Shown: positions 1 through 8,783, counted from the first letter of the stretch. The stretch is 64,000 nucleotides of DNA from an uncultured bacterium (GCA_946611605.1 CAMODU010000001.1:170-64169), one strand, 5' to 3'. Program-made: numbers and translations. The notes: generated by a model from the sequence alone, not told the origin.

Positions 1-979
1 ATTCATGTGAATAGGAATAAGCTAACGAATAAATCTCATCTCTTTTTCTTTTTCTAGAATTAGAAGAAGATGAATTAATAACATCACCGATTTTATTTTT
101 TAAAATATTATAATCATTGTAGACATTATTAATATTGCCATGAACAACATCAGATCGTATACTATAAATAAAGTTTATAATTGAACTCAATTGCTCAGAA
201 TTATTTTTAGATAATTCAGACTTAGTTCTATAAACAAGCAATCCACATTTAGCAATAAAGTTTTTCTCTATATTACTGTTAGATGCCATTAAAAGGCTTT
301 CTAAAACTAATACATTATTTACAAGCTTATTCTTGTTATTAAATGTATCCGTAAACCAAAACTCTAAAACATCTATTATTTTTTCTATATCTTCATTATT
401 AGACTTAGAAAAGAAAGAGGCTAAATTCTTAAGGTAATCATTATATTTTGAACAAAACATATCCACAGGAACAGTATTGTTTTTTACAAGAAAATAATAC
501 ACTAACAATCCACAGATATCATAATCAGTTAGTTCCTTTTTGGGCAAATTTTTTCTCATAACCAAAGGACGACGCATAAAAATGTCAAAACAATCATTTA
601 CAAATATTAATCTATGATATCTATCAATGTGTGATCTAGCAGATACGCTCTCATTCAAATATAACTCATTATATAGATTAAATATTCTTCTTAAGAAAGA
701 ATAATGAGTCCATTCATCTATATATTTGTTAAGTTTATCTTTAGACACTTCAATAACAAATAAACTTCGCACAAAATCAAAAAAATCCTTCTCGTTTATC
801 TTCTTTCTGTTGGTTTTTTGAGTTATGTTATTATAACATTCATTTGCTGTGTTTATAAGTTCCTTATCAACGTATTTTTCCTCTATTACTTGAATTTCTT
901 TTTCGTTAATTGGTCGAAATTGAATGCCTATTTTATCAAATTCTATTTTATCTTCTAATTTTAAATCCATTATTAGCAT
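1..979 (-). CDS. HEPN-motif protein, partial (326 aa within window; C-terminus lies beyond window start)
   Basis: Open frame translated by hand across 1..979. ATG at 979 has an AGGTGA RBS 7 nt upstream and an upstream in-frame TGA. It is absent from the ORF track because there is no stop inside the window. A C-terminal region carries I-R-S-D-V-V-H-G (Rx4H), a HEPN-type RNase motif. No other recognisable domain. Confidence 0.45.
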   Translation of the reverse strand, partial: MLIMDLKLEDKIEFDKIGIQFRPINEKEIQVIEEKYVDKELINTANECYNNITQKTNRKKINEKDFFDFVRSLFVIEVSKDKLNKYIDEWTHYSFLRRIFNLYNELYLNESVSARSHIDRYHRLIFVNDCFDIFMRRPLVMRKNLPKKELTDYDICGLLVYYFLVKNNTVPVDMFCSKYNDYLKNLASFFSKSNNEDIEKIIDVLEFWFTDTFNNKNKLVNNVLVLESLLMASNSNIEKNFIAKCGLLVYRTKSELSKNNSEQLSSIINFIYSIRSDVVHGNINNVYNDYNILKNKIGDVINSSSSNSRKRKRDEIYSLAYSYSHE

Positions 980-989
980 TTTATTTCAC

Positions 990-1307
990 CTACAATCTGT
1001 CATATTTCGTACTTACACCTTTAGCTTTTTCAACTGGATATTTCTTAGCTGTCTTTTCCATCTTATCTAATACTATTTGTTTAGGATCTACTCCTAACTT
1101 ATTAGCCATTTGAATACAATAGTTTAAAACATCAGCTAATTCCTCTTTTACCTCTTCTATATCATAGTTGTCTTCATTCCATTGAAAACACTCAAGTAAT
1201 TCTCCTGCTTCAATAGATATACTCTTTGCCAAATTAGCTGGTGAATGAAATTGATCCCAGTCTCTTTCTTCATTAAACTTTTCTATCTTTTCTTGAAGTT
1301 CTTTCAT
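990..1307 (-). CDS. MazG-like nucleoside triphosphate pyrophosphohydrolase (small all-alpha NTP-PPase)
   Basis: 105 aa with an EAGELLE...EELAD EExxE/ExxD-type metal-binding pattern typical of the MazG/YpjD family. RBS AGGTGA and an extended -10 (TGATATAAT) upstream. Tightly followed by the HEPN-motif ORF. Confidence 0.7.
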   Translation of the reverse strand: MKELQEKIEKFNEERDWDQFHSPANLAKSISIEAGELLECFQWNEDNYDIEEVKEELADVLNYCIQMANKLGVDPKQIVLDKMEKTAKKYPVEKAKGVSTKYDRL

Positions 1308-1381
1308 AAGATATCACCTATTTAAATTATATCATTTATTTGTCGAAAAAAGTCGAAAAACGACATTCTTCGACTTATTAT

Positions 1382-1717
1382 TTATTCCTTCTTTTTTATA
1401 TAACTTATTCCGATTCCTCCTGCTACAGCTCCTCCAACAAATAACAGTAACTTAGTAAAAAAATCATCAGAATCATCTTTACTATTTTTGGCTTTTTCAA
1501 CAGGTTTAGTAGTAGTTTTAGTAGTATTAGATTCAGATAAGGAATAAGAACCGCTATTTGGATTATCAGTACATCCTCCATGTCTAGAACAACATCCTCT
1601 ATGACAATCACCGCATGTCTTACTAATTGTTCCGTCATTACAAGTTATATTAGCTTTTGCATTAAATGGAATAAAGACCACTAATAAAACTAAAAATCTA
1701 ATCAATCTCTTCTTCAC
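1382..1717 (-). CDS. small secreted Cys-rich protein with C-terminal membrane anchor (DUF3761-like CxDGTxS...CCSRHGGC motif)
   Basis: GTG start with GGGTGA RBS. N-terminal signal peptide. Motif C-N-DGT-I-S-K-T-C-G-D-C-H-R-G-C-C-S-R-HGGC. Ser/Thr-rich linker and a C-terminal hydrophobic segment plus KKKE tail. Confidence 0.4.
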   Translation of the reverse strand: MKKRLIRFLVLLVVFIPFNAKANITCNDGTISKTCGDCHRGCCSRHGGCTDNPNSGSYSLSESNTTKTTTKPVEKAKNSKDDSDDFFTKLLLFVGGAVAGGIGISYIKKKE

Positions 1718-1740
1718 TAGATATCACCCATTAAAAAAAA

Positions 1741-1890
1741 TCAGTCACATTTAACAGATAAACCCAAGACACTCTCACATTGAGTTTCTCCATCAACAGT
1801 TTTAACTATTAATGGATAAAACAATAGAAAATATGCAACTAATCCTAATACAACTAAAACACCTATTATTTTACCTTTAATGTTTTCCAT
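1741..1890 (-). CDS. unannotated 49-aa small membrane peptide
   Basis: ATG 1890 with GAAGGTGA RBS 7 nt upstream. One TM helix (IIGVLVVLGLVAYFLLFYPLIV) then ETQCESVLGLSVKCD. Stop TGA at 1741, just upstream of the Cys-rich secreted protein gene on the same strand. Below the ORF-track length cutoff. Confidence 0.3.
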   Translation of the reverse strand: MENIKGKIIGVLVVLGLVAYFLLFYPLIVKTVDGETQCESVLGLSVKCD

Positions 1891-2038
1891 ACCAATCACC
1901 TTCTTTTATTATATAAAAAATCTGTATATAAAAACATACAAAAATCGACATTTCTCGATTATTTATACTATAATAAATACTATATTTTAAATATAATAAT
2001 GATATAATATTAATATAATATTGAATGAAGGTGTTTGT

Positions 2039-2851
2039 ATGAAATTAATTCAATTAAAATGTCCTAGTTGTGGAGCAAAATTAGAAGTAAATCCAAGCTT
2101 AGATAAATATACATGTAATTACTGTGGAGTAACTACTGTTCTAGATGATGAAAAAATCATAGTTAAGAATGTTTCTAGTAAATTACAAAACTACTTGACT
2201 GAACTTGAAGAATACTATGACAATGGCAATTATAGAAAATGTCATGCTATGGCACAACAATTATTAGAAGAATATCCTAAGAATAAAGAAATTAAAGATT
2301 ACTATGAAAAATGTCATGAAGAATTATTTGGTGAAGAAGAAAGACGCCAAAAGAAACTAGAAGAAGAAAGACAAAGAAGACTTGAAGAAGCAAGAAAACA
2401 ACGTGCAGAATGGGAAAGACAACAAAAAGAAGAAGAGCAAAGGAAAATCGCTGAACAACAAGCAAGAAAAGAAAAGATTAATGAAAGTGCTAGAAAGATA
2501 ACTGGTGGAATAGCAACAGGAGCTGCGATTGCTGGTACTGCCGCAGGAATCATTATTTTCAAAATATTAAATATAGTATTATATGTATTTGGTGGAATGA
2601 TAATACTTGCTTCTCCGTTCATTTCTAGCGTAAGCATATTAGGAAAAATATTATACTTTTTATGGGGAATAAGTTTACTTAAAGTATGTTACTCTAAGAT
2701 ACCTAATAATAATTTAAGAATCGCTTTAAGAATAATAGTTCCAATTATAATATTAATTTTAATTGGAGTAATGGTGCCAATTAATAACAACAATAATACA
2801 AACACTAATGATCAAACAACTACTACAACTACAACTGTAGTAGCTCAATAA
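2039..2851 (+). CDS. zinc-ribbon / coiled-coil / multi-TM membrane protein (hypothetical)
   Basis: The ORF track starts at 2021, but GAAGGTG lies 6 nt upstream of the ATG at 2039 (MKLIQLKCPSCG...). N-terminal CPxCG...CNYCG zinc ribbon, charged ER/K-rich coiled coil, then 3-4 TM segments and an Asn/Thr-rich tail. Confidence 0.5.
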   Translation: MKLIQLKCPSCGAKLEVNPSLDKYTCNYCGVTTVLDDEKIIVKNVSSKLQNYLTELEEYYDNGNYRKCHAMAQQLLEEYPKNKEIKDYYEKCHEELFGEEERRQKKLEEERQRRLEEARKQRAEWERQQKEEEQRKIAEQQARKEKINESARKITGGIATGAAIAGTAAGIIIFKILNIVLYVFGGMIILASPFISSVSILGKILYFLWGISLLKVCYSKIPNNNLRIALRIIVPIIILILIGVMVPINNNNNTNTNDQTTTTTTTVVAQ

Positions 2852-2895
2852 GGGAAGCACACATTCATTATTCTTTTTATTACATAAAAATAATC

Positions 2896-2923
2896 AAAAG
2901 CCATCCTAGGCTTTTCTTTTTAT
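2896..2923. terminator. bidirectional rho-independent terminator
   Basis: AAAAGCC-atccta-GGCTTTT hairpin followed by CTTTTTAT on plus and a T-rich run on minus. Lies between convergent genes 2039-2851 (+) and 2939-3568 (-). Confidence 0.55.
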
Positions 2924-2938
2924 CTAATACTATTAATA

Positions 2939-3568
2939 TTATTTATGTGTATTTATATTAAATCCATATATACCTAATATACCAGTGAAGATTACTGCAC
3001 TGTAGGTACTAAATCTCTCAAATATACCAAATATTTCTTTTGGTACATTTTGTGATACTACTGCTCCTATAAACATTAAGAGTAATGATATTATTGATAA
3101 TACTCCAAGTAATTTATATTTACTTTTAAATGATCCAATTGCTATTAATATAAGTGATATTATCGATAGTAATACTACTATAATAGTTATTATATATACA
3201 TGAATAAAACTTTGTAGTGTTCCATCATATCCACTACTTGATAATGGAAATAATGCATATCCAATTGCAGATATGAAATTCATTATTGATAATAAGTATA
3301 TACCTAGTCTTAATGATTTCTTATTTTCATTTTTTATTAATATACATAATAAAGCACAACATAAACAGTTAAGTATTTTATATACTGTTACATATCCATT
3401 TGATATTACAAAAGATGGAGCATCTGTAGCTGTTAAATCACTTACAGCTTGACTCATCCAGTTATATCCAGGATAATTCATAGCACCAATTATATCATGT
3501 AATAAGTAAAATATAATACTTATAATACCAGATAGACATAACCAATTAATTAATCTTTTATTCTTCAT
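2939..3568 (-). CDS. polytopic membrane protein of unknown function
   Basis: 209 aa, about 6 hydrophobic helices, no recognisable motif. Confidence 0.5.
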   Translation of the reverse strand: MKNKRLINWLCLSGIISIIFYLLHDIIGAMNYPGYNWMSQAVSDLTATDAPSFVISNGYVTVYKILNCLCCALLCILIKNENKKSLRLGIYLLSIMNFISAIGYALFPLSSSGYDGTLQSFIHVYIITIIVVLLSIISLILIAIGSFKSKYKLLGVLSIISLLLMFIGAVVSQNVPKEIFGIFERFSTYSAVIFTGILGIYGFNINTHK

Positions 3569-3591
3569 TATTACACCTCTATTATGATTAA

Positions 3592-4647
3592 TTAGAATTT
3601 ACTTAATAGATCTATTAATCTAGTATTCTTATATATACTTTCTCTACCAACTTTTTCATATTCTAATAATCCTGCTTCCACAAGACTATTTAGATATGTT
3701 GCAGCTGTTTGTCTAGTAACACCACATCTATCTTCTATATAATTAATCTTTGTATATACTTCATAGAATACTGAATCTAATAATTCATCAGAATATATCT
3801 TAGGTAATTTAGTTATAAATTCTTCTTTATATGAATCAATTAATGATTGTATTTTTTTAATTAATTCTATTGTGTGTTTAGATGTTATATCTACTCCTTT
3901 AAGAATATATATAATCCAATCCTCATAATTGTTATTATTTCTTAAATCAGATAATAATCTATAATATTCATCTTTTGTATCATTTATATAATTACTTAAA
4001 TATAGAATAGGACTATCTAATAAGTTATTTAATACTAGATATAAAACATTTAGAATTCTTCCTGTTCTTCCATTTCCATCATAGAATGGATGAATAGATT
4101 CAAATTGATAATGTATTAATGCCATTTTAATTAAAGGATCAATACCATCATCTTTTGTATTAATATAGTCTTCTAAGTTCTTTAAATAATCTCTTATTTC
4201 TTTTTCTTCTTGTGGTGGTGTGTATATTACTTCACCTGTTTTACTATTAACTAATTGAGTACCTGCAGTTTTTCTTATACCTGATTTATTTGGTTCAATC
4301 ATAGATTGTAAGTCCACTAAAACATTTGTTGATATGAAACCTTTTTTATTAATCACTTCATAGCCATGCCAAATAGCTCCTCTATAATCTACTACTTCTT
4401 TAGCTGCATCTTCCTTATATCCACTTTCAGTTAATACTTTATATATACTATCATGTGTTGTAACTATATTTTCTATTGCACTACTATCAATAGCTTCATT
4501 TATTGTGATAGCATTAATTAAAATGTGTTGATTAGGAATTGAACTAGCAAATCCTTTTAGTTCTGCAAGAGATCTAGATGCTTCATTAAGAGCTTCCATT
4601 ATTCTTGGAGTTTTATAATCATATTCATTGAATGGTAATAATTTCAT
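3592..4647 (-). CDS. Fic/DOC family protein (AMPylator-type, class II with N-terminal inhibitory helix, C-terminal winged helix)
   Basis: Canonical Fic motif HPFYDGNGRTGR. N-terminal S-S-A-I-E-N matches the (S/T)xxxE(G/N) auto-inhibition motif. Start trimmed to ATG 4647 (MKLLPF...), which has a GGAGGG RBS 5 nt upstream; the ORF-track start at 4698 has none. Confidence 0.85.
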   Translation of the reverse strand: MKLLPFNEYDYKTPRIMEALNEASRSLAELKGFASSIPNQHILINAITINEAIDSSAIENIVTTHDSIYKVLTESGYKEDAAKEVVDYRGAIWHGYEVINKKGFISTNVLVDLQSMIEPNKSGIRKTAGTQLVNSKTGEVIYTPPQEEKEIRDYLKNLEDYINTKDDGIDPLIKMALIHYQFESIHPFYDGNGRTGRILNVLYLVLNNLLDSPILYLSNYINDTKDEYYRLLSDLRNNNNYEDWIIYILKGVDITSKHTIELIKKIQSLIDSYKEEFITKLPKIYSDELLDSVFYEVYTKINYIEDRCGVTRQTAATYLNSLVEAGLLEYEKVGRESIYKNTRLIDLLSKF

Positions 4648-4680
4648 ATTATCCCTCCTTACATATATAATTTTACTATA

Positions 4681-4751
4681 TTTTTTTAACATATTCAAAT
4701 AATACGTTAAATTTTTGCTGTTTTTTTAACATATTTAAATAATGTGTTAAA
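4681..4751. promoter_or_regulatory. two tandem 31-bp direct repeats (TTTTTTTAACATATTYAAATAATRYGTTAAA, period 40 bp), each an imperfect palindrome TTAACAT-N12-AYGTTAA, overlapping the likely fic promoter
   Basis: Repeat copies at 4681-4711 and 4721-4751, 34 bp upstream of the fic ATG. On the fic sense strand TTGAAT-N17-TAAAAT overlaps copy 1. Confidence 0.4.
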
Positions 4752-4807
4752 GAATGAATTTGAAGGGATTAAAGAATACAATCTATAGAATGGATTACAT
4801 ATTAACA

Positions 4808-4896
4808 GTTTACTGATGTCAGTAAACCGATAATAAAAATTGCCGCCATTGGCGGCAAAATCTTAAAATCACTAAATTTGCACACACTGTGTGCAA
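4808..4896. repeat. three perfect short-centre palindromes: GTTTACTGA-tg-TCAGTAAAC (4808-4827), TTGCCGCCA-t-TGGCGGCAA (4840-4858), TTGCACACA-c-TGTGTGCAA (4878-4896)
   Basis: Read directly. 9-bp arms with 1-2 nt centres. The last two share a TTGC...GCAA frame. GC-rich relative to surroundings. Confidence 0.5.
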
Positions 4897-4904
4897 AATC
4901 AAAA

Positions 4905-4931
4905 AGAGAAGTACTCCTTCTCTTCTTTTTA
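4905..4931. terminator. bidirectional rho-independent terminator
   Basis: AGAGAAG-tactc-CTTCTCT followed by TCTTTTTAT on plus and TTTTTGATTTTG on minus. Confidence 0.55.
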
Positions 4932-4946
4932 TCTCATACACATAAA

Positions 4947-4974
4947 AAAAGAGATATTAATCTCTTTTATTCAT
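4947..4974 (-). terminator. rho-independent terminator of the ABC transporter operon
   Basis: AAAGAGAT-atta-ATCTCTTT hairpin overlapping the permease stop codon, followed on the minus strand by TTTTTTTATG. Confidence 0.55.
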
Positions 4975-7342
4975 TAGCTTTTAAACTAGTAACCATATCT
5001 ATCTTCTTTATATTTCTAGATAAGAATCTAGATACTAAATAAGATATAACAAATGTACCTACAGCTGCTATTACATATGATATAGGCCTAATAGATGCAC
5101 CAAAGTCATATGTTTCTTCTATAGCTGTTTTAAATAACCAATCAGTTAAATAGAATCCACCAGGTAATCCAAATATAATTGATACAATTGCTATCCAGTT
5201 ATTTTGTTTAATAAATATTTTCTTTATTTGTTTATCTTCAAAACCTAATACTTTTAATGTAGCAAATTGATATTGTTTTTCTGTATAAGAAAGTATTCCT
5301 AAATTATATATAATAACTGCACCTAAAAGAATAGCTATTGCTATAATTAATACAAGCATTGTTTTCATCATAGATAACATACCTTGCATACCATTCTTTA
5401 ATGATTCAATATCTTGGATGTTTTCAACATTCTTAATTTCTTTAACATTCTTTAAATCTACATTTGTATATAATGCATCAGGTTTATATTCTATACCTAA
5501 TGACTCTAAATACTTTCTAGTCATGGATATATTTTGATTTTGAGGATCTTTATTAAATCCGATTATCTTAGATTTATAGTATTTACTATCACCATATATA
5601 TGCCACTCGATAGTATCACCTAGTTTATATCCTTTAGTTTTAGCTAATTTATATGTAACAAATATACCATCATCATCTGGTTTATTCTTAATATTATTCT
5701 TATCATCTACAAATCTTACATATTCATTTGCATCAGTTACAAATATATTATTAGCTTCTCTATTACCTTCATTATCTTTTATTTCAATACCTAAGTATTT
5801 AGATGTATTATTACCATATTTATCATATAAGATATTTAAATCATCATTAGATATATCTTCTTTAATATTTAATTTATAATCAAAATTATAGATAGTTTCA
5901 AATTGTAATTTAACAAAGAAGTTCATAGAATCTAACATACCTAATGCACATACAATTAAAGTACAACAACCAACTACACCAGCAAGTCCCATGAATGTTC
6001 TCATTTTATTTCTTAAGATATCTCTTATATTCCATAGAGATTCAAAAGACATATGTTTAAATATTTTAGATCTAGTAATATTTAATGCATTACCTTTGAT
6101 ACTTGGTATTTTAGTTCTTAATGTTTCAGCAGGATTTTCTCTTAATATTGATCTACCTGTTATATAAGTTATTAAAGCTACTATTAATACAACAATACCT
6201 GCAACATAATAACTTGTAATATCCATTGAAGGAGCACCATTAGGTATTTCAAAGAATGCCATCTCTAAATCAATAAATACTTTACCTATTGCATAATAAC
6301 CTAATACTAAACCAACAATGGATGCAAATACAGATACCCAGAAACCATATCCCATATAATGGAATAATATTTTATTATTACTAAAACCTAATGCTTTTAA
6401 TGTTCCTATTTGAACTCTTTGATTCTTAACTACTCTTGTCATGGTAGTTATAACAGATAACATAGCAATAAATAAGAATATACCAGAGAATACTCCTACA
6501 TAAGTTTTTCCTTCATCTATTTCTCCTTGATATGCTGAATATGATGATGAATCTTCTATATTAATTATTGCTTTAGCATTTTCTACTTTATCTTCTATTT
6601 CTTCTTTTAGTTTATTTCTTTTATCTTTATCCTTAACATCTATCATGATAGATGAATATGGTATATAATCTTTATAATTAAAATCAGGTACAACCATATC
6701 AAATACTTTTTTATCTTCTATACCTGCTTCTTTCATAGCTTTAGATTTAATATAATCTTCAGTTATTTCATTGATAGATACATAAGCAAAACCAAATTCT
6801 TTTCTATCTGGATATAATTCAGATGAATCTCTTACATCATATAAATGATCAGGTATATTAACCAATGCTCTTACCTTTTCATGTAATTCCATAGTTTCAT
6901 ATTTAACTAGTATTACATCACCTACATGTATATTATTTTCTTTTGCATAAAATTCATCTAACCATACACCTGATTTATTATCAAATGGTTCTCCATCAAC
7001 AATATAGAATTTAGATATATTATTAGATTCAATAAAATTTAATAATAATGTTTTATCATTATCAGTTAAACCAGATACAGATAATTTTAATTCAGCATCA
7101 TTAACATTATCCATCTTTTTAATCATATTTAAATCATCATGTTTTAAATAACCCATGACATCCATATCTTGTAAGTTATTTTCAGTATAGAACTTATCAG
7201 CTGTTTTAGTCATACCATCCATATATGCTTTTATACCAGAGAAAGCCATGATACCAATCATAACCATTAAAAAGATTGTTATAAATTGAGATAAATTTTT
7301 TCTTATATCTCTAAACATCTTTCTATTTAACATGATTACCAC
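4967..7342 (-). CDS. ABC transporter permease, FtsX-like family (two FtsX-type 4-TM modules with large extracytoplasmic domains)
   Basis: 791 aa. N-terminal TM then a large soluble domain then 3 TM, repeated twice. This is the MacB/YtrF-like architecture. Start overlaps the ATPase gene end by 7 nt. Confidence 0.8.
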   Translation of the reverse strand: MVIMLNRKMFRDIRKNLSQFITIFLMVMIGIMAFSGIKAYMDGMTKTADKFYTENNLQDMDVMGYLKHDDLNMIKKMDNVNDAELKLSVSGLTDNDKTLLLNFIESNNISKFYIVDGEPFDNKSGVWLDEFYAKENNIHVGDVILVKYETMELHEKVRALVNIPDHLYDVRDSSELYPDRKEFGFAYVSINEITEDYIKSKAMKEAGIEDKKVFDMVVPDFNYKDYIPYSSIMIDVKDKDKRNKLKEEIEDKVENAKAIINIEDSSSYSAYQGEIDEGKTYVGVFSGIFLFIAMLSVITTMTRVVKNQRVQIGTLKALGFSNNKILFHYMGYGFWVSVFASIVGLVLGYYAIGKVFIDLEMAFFEIPNGAPSMDITSYYVAGIVVLIVALITYITGRSILRENPAETLRTKIPSIKGNALNITRSKIFKHMSFESLWNIRDILRNKMRTFMGLAGVVGCCTLIVCALGMLDSMNFFVKLQFETIYNFDYKLNIKEDISNDDLNILYDKYGNNTSKYLGIEIKDNEGNREANNIFVTDANEYVRFVDDKNNIKNKPDDDGIFVTYKLAKTKGYKLGDTIEWHIYGDSKYYKSKIIGFNKDPQNQNISMTRKYLESLGIEYKPDALYTNVDLKNVKEIKNVENIQDIESLKNGMQGMLSMMKTMLVLIIAIAILLGAVIIYNLGILSYTEKQYQFATLKVLGFEDKQIKKIFIKQNNWIAIVSIIFGLPGGFYLTDWLFKTAIEETYDFGASIRPISYVIAAVGTFVISYLVSRFLSRNIKKIDMVTSLKANE

Positions 7343-8034
7343 TTAACCTCATCGATGTTCTTTGGATGTTTATTTATTTCATTAGATTCAACTAAACCAT
7401 TTTTAATTCTAATTACTCTATCAGCTATATCAGCTATTAATGCATTATGAGTAACTATAATAACTGTAGTATCATTATCACTTTGTTCTCTTAAAAGTTT
7501 TAATACTTCAACACCTGTTTTAGAATCAAGTGCACCAGTTGGTTCATCACATAATAATACTTTAGGATTCTTCATGATTGCTCTAGCAATAGATACTCTT
7601 TGTTGTTCACCACCAGATAATTCTTGTGGGAACTTATTAGCATGTCTAGATAATCCAACAGCTTTTAATACTTCTTTAGAATCTTTTGAAGTATTAGTTA
7701 CATCTTTAATAAGATTAACATTTTCTTCAACTGTTAAAGTAGGCATTATATTATAGAATTGGAAAATAAATCCTACATCATTAGCTCTATATCTAGTTAA
7801 TTCTTTATCATTATATTTGGCTATATCATTATCACCTATCATAATAGATCCAGATGTTGCTTTATCCATTCCTCCAAGTAAATTTAATAAAGTAGATTTA
7901 CCAGCACCAGAAGGTCCAAGTATAACAACAAACTCACCTTGTTCAATTGATAAATCAATACCATCAAGAGCGTTAAATTTTTGATCTCCTACTATATATG
8001 TCTTTTTAACATTATTTAATTCAATAAAACTCAT
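7336..8034 (-). CDS. ABC transporter ATP-binding protein (MacB/LolD-like)
   Basis: Walker [10 protein letters not shown], signature [14 protein letters not shown], Walker [13 protein letters not shown]-loop VTHN. Confidence 0.9.
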   Translation of the reverse strand: MSFIELNNVKKTYIVGDQKFNALDGIDLSIEQGEFVVILGPSGAGKSTLLNLLGGMDKATSGSIMIGDNDIAKYNDKELTRYRANDVGFIFQFYNIMPTLTVEENVNLIKDVTNTSKDSKEVLKAVGLSRHANKFPQELSGGEQQRVSIARAIMKNPKVLLCDEPTGALDSKTGVEVLKLLREQSDNDTTVIIVTHNALIADIADRVIRIKNGLVESNEINKHPKNIDEVKW

Positions 8035-8043
8035 TTATGTTCC

Positions 8044-8120
8044 TTCTTTCTAAATATGAAATTTATTTCATATTCCATTATACTCTTATGAAATGATAAG
8101 TCAATGAAAAATATGAATAT
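8044..8120. promoter_or_regulatory. two copies of an inverted repeat ATATGAAAT-tt-ATTTCATAT (8044-8063 perfect; 8101-8120 one mismatch) in the tetR / ABC-operon divergent region; candidate TetR operators
   Basis: Read directly. An extended -10 TGTTATAAT and AAGGA RBS lie upstream of tetR. Confidence 0.45.
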
Positions 8121-8171
8121 TATTTCATATTCGTAAAATATATGTTATAATTCAATCAAGGATGTGTATTT

Positions 8172-8783
8172 ATGATAGATACAATAAGAGAACCTAAACA
8201 AAAAAGAGCAATAGAAAAGAAAGAAAGAATCATTAAAGAAGGATTCGATCTTATCTGTAAGGAAGGCTATTATAATATTAATACTCAAGATATAGCTAAG
8301 GCTGCTGGAGTATCAACAGGAATAATATATCAATACTTCAATGATAAATATGATATCTTAATTGAAGGTTTAGAAAAATATGGTGATGATATATTCTTTC
8401 CTATGTTAAAAGATAAAGATTATAAATTAGATATAGATAATTTTGATAATCTAATTAATAAGATGATTAATAATTATATAAAGAATCATAAAATATCTAA
8501 TGTAGCTCATGAAGAAATAATGTCTATGATTCACTCAGATAAAAATGTAGCTGAATTTTATTATAAGAGAGAATTAGATATGACTAATTCTATAAAAGAT
8601 ATATTAGTATCTAATGGATTTAAAGATAATAACTTAACTGAAAAAGTTCATATTATGTTAGGTCTTATAGATAACTTATGTCATGAAGTTATTTACCATA
8701 AACATGATCATATGGATTATAAGATTATGGAAAAACTAGTAATAGATAATATAAAGAATTTATTTAAAGATGATATAAAATAA
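8172..8783 (+). CDS. TetR/AcrR family transcriptional regulator
   Basis: N-terminal HTH (...NTQDIAKAAGVSTGIIYQYFNDKYDIL...) typical of TetR. About 200 aa, all-alpha. Divergent from the ABC exporter. Confidence 0.8.
   Translation: MIDTIREPKQKRAIEKKERIIKEGFDLICKEGYYNINTQDIAKAAGVSTGIIYQYFNDKYDILIEGLEKYGDDIFFPMLKDKDYKLDIDNFDNLINKMINNYIKNHKISNVAHEEIMSMIHSDKNVAEFYYKRELDMTNSIKDILVSNGFKDNNLTEKVHIMLGLIDNLCHEVIYHKHDHMDYKIMEKLVIDNIKNLFKDDIK

Noticed and set aside
2027-2041. Identical 17-nt string GAAGGTGTTTGTATGAA at two unrelated gene starts (2027-2043 and 35191-35207)
   Set aside because: The string consists of RBS, spacer and start codon plus a Lys/Asn codon. It is probably chance convergence on an optimal initiation context rather than a mobile or regulatory element.
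3592-4698. ORF-track N-terminal extensions for Fic (4698), NadK (38072), SPFH (38959, TTG), gene 22409-23185 (23185), gene 23341 (23341) and gene 27785-28792 (28792)
   Set aside because: Internal ATG codons preceded by clear GGAGG-type RBSs (4647, 38039, 38995, 23131, 23350, 28762) fit better. The upstream extensions lack an RBS and/or overlap the preceding gene.
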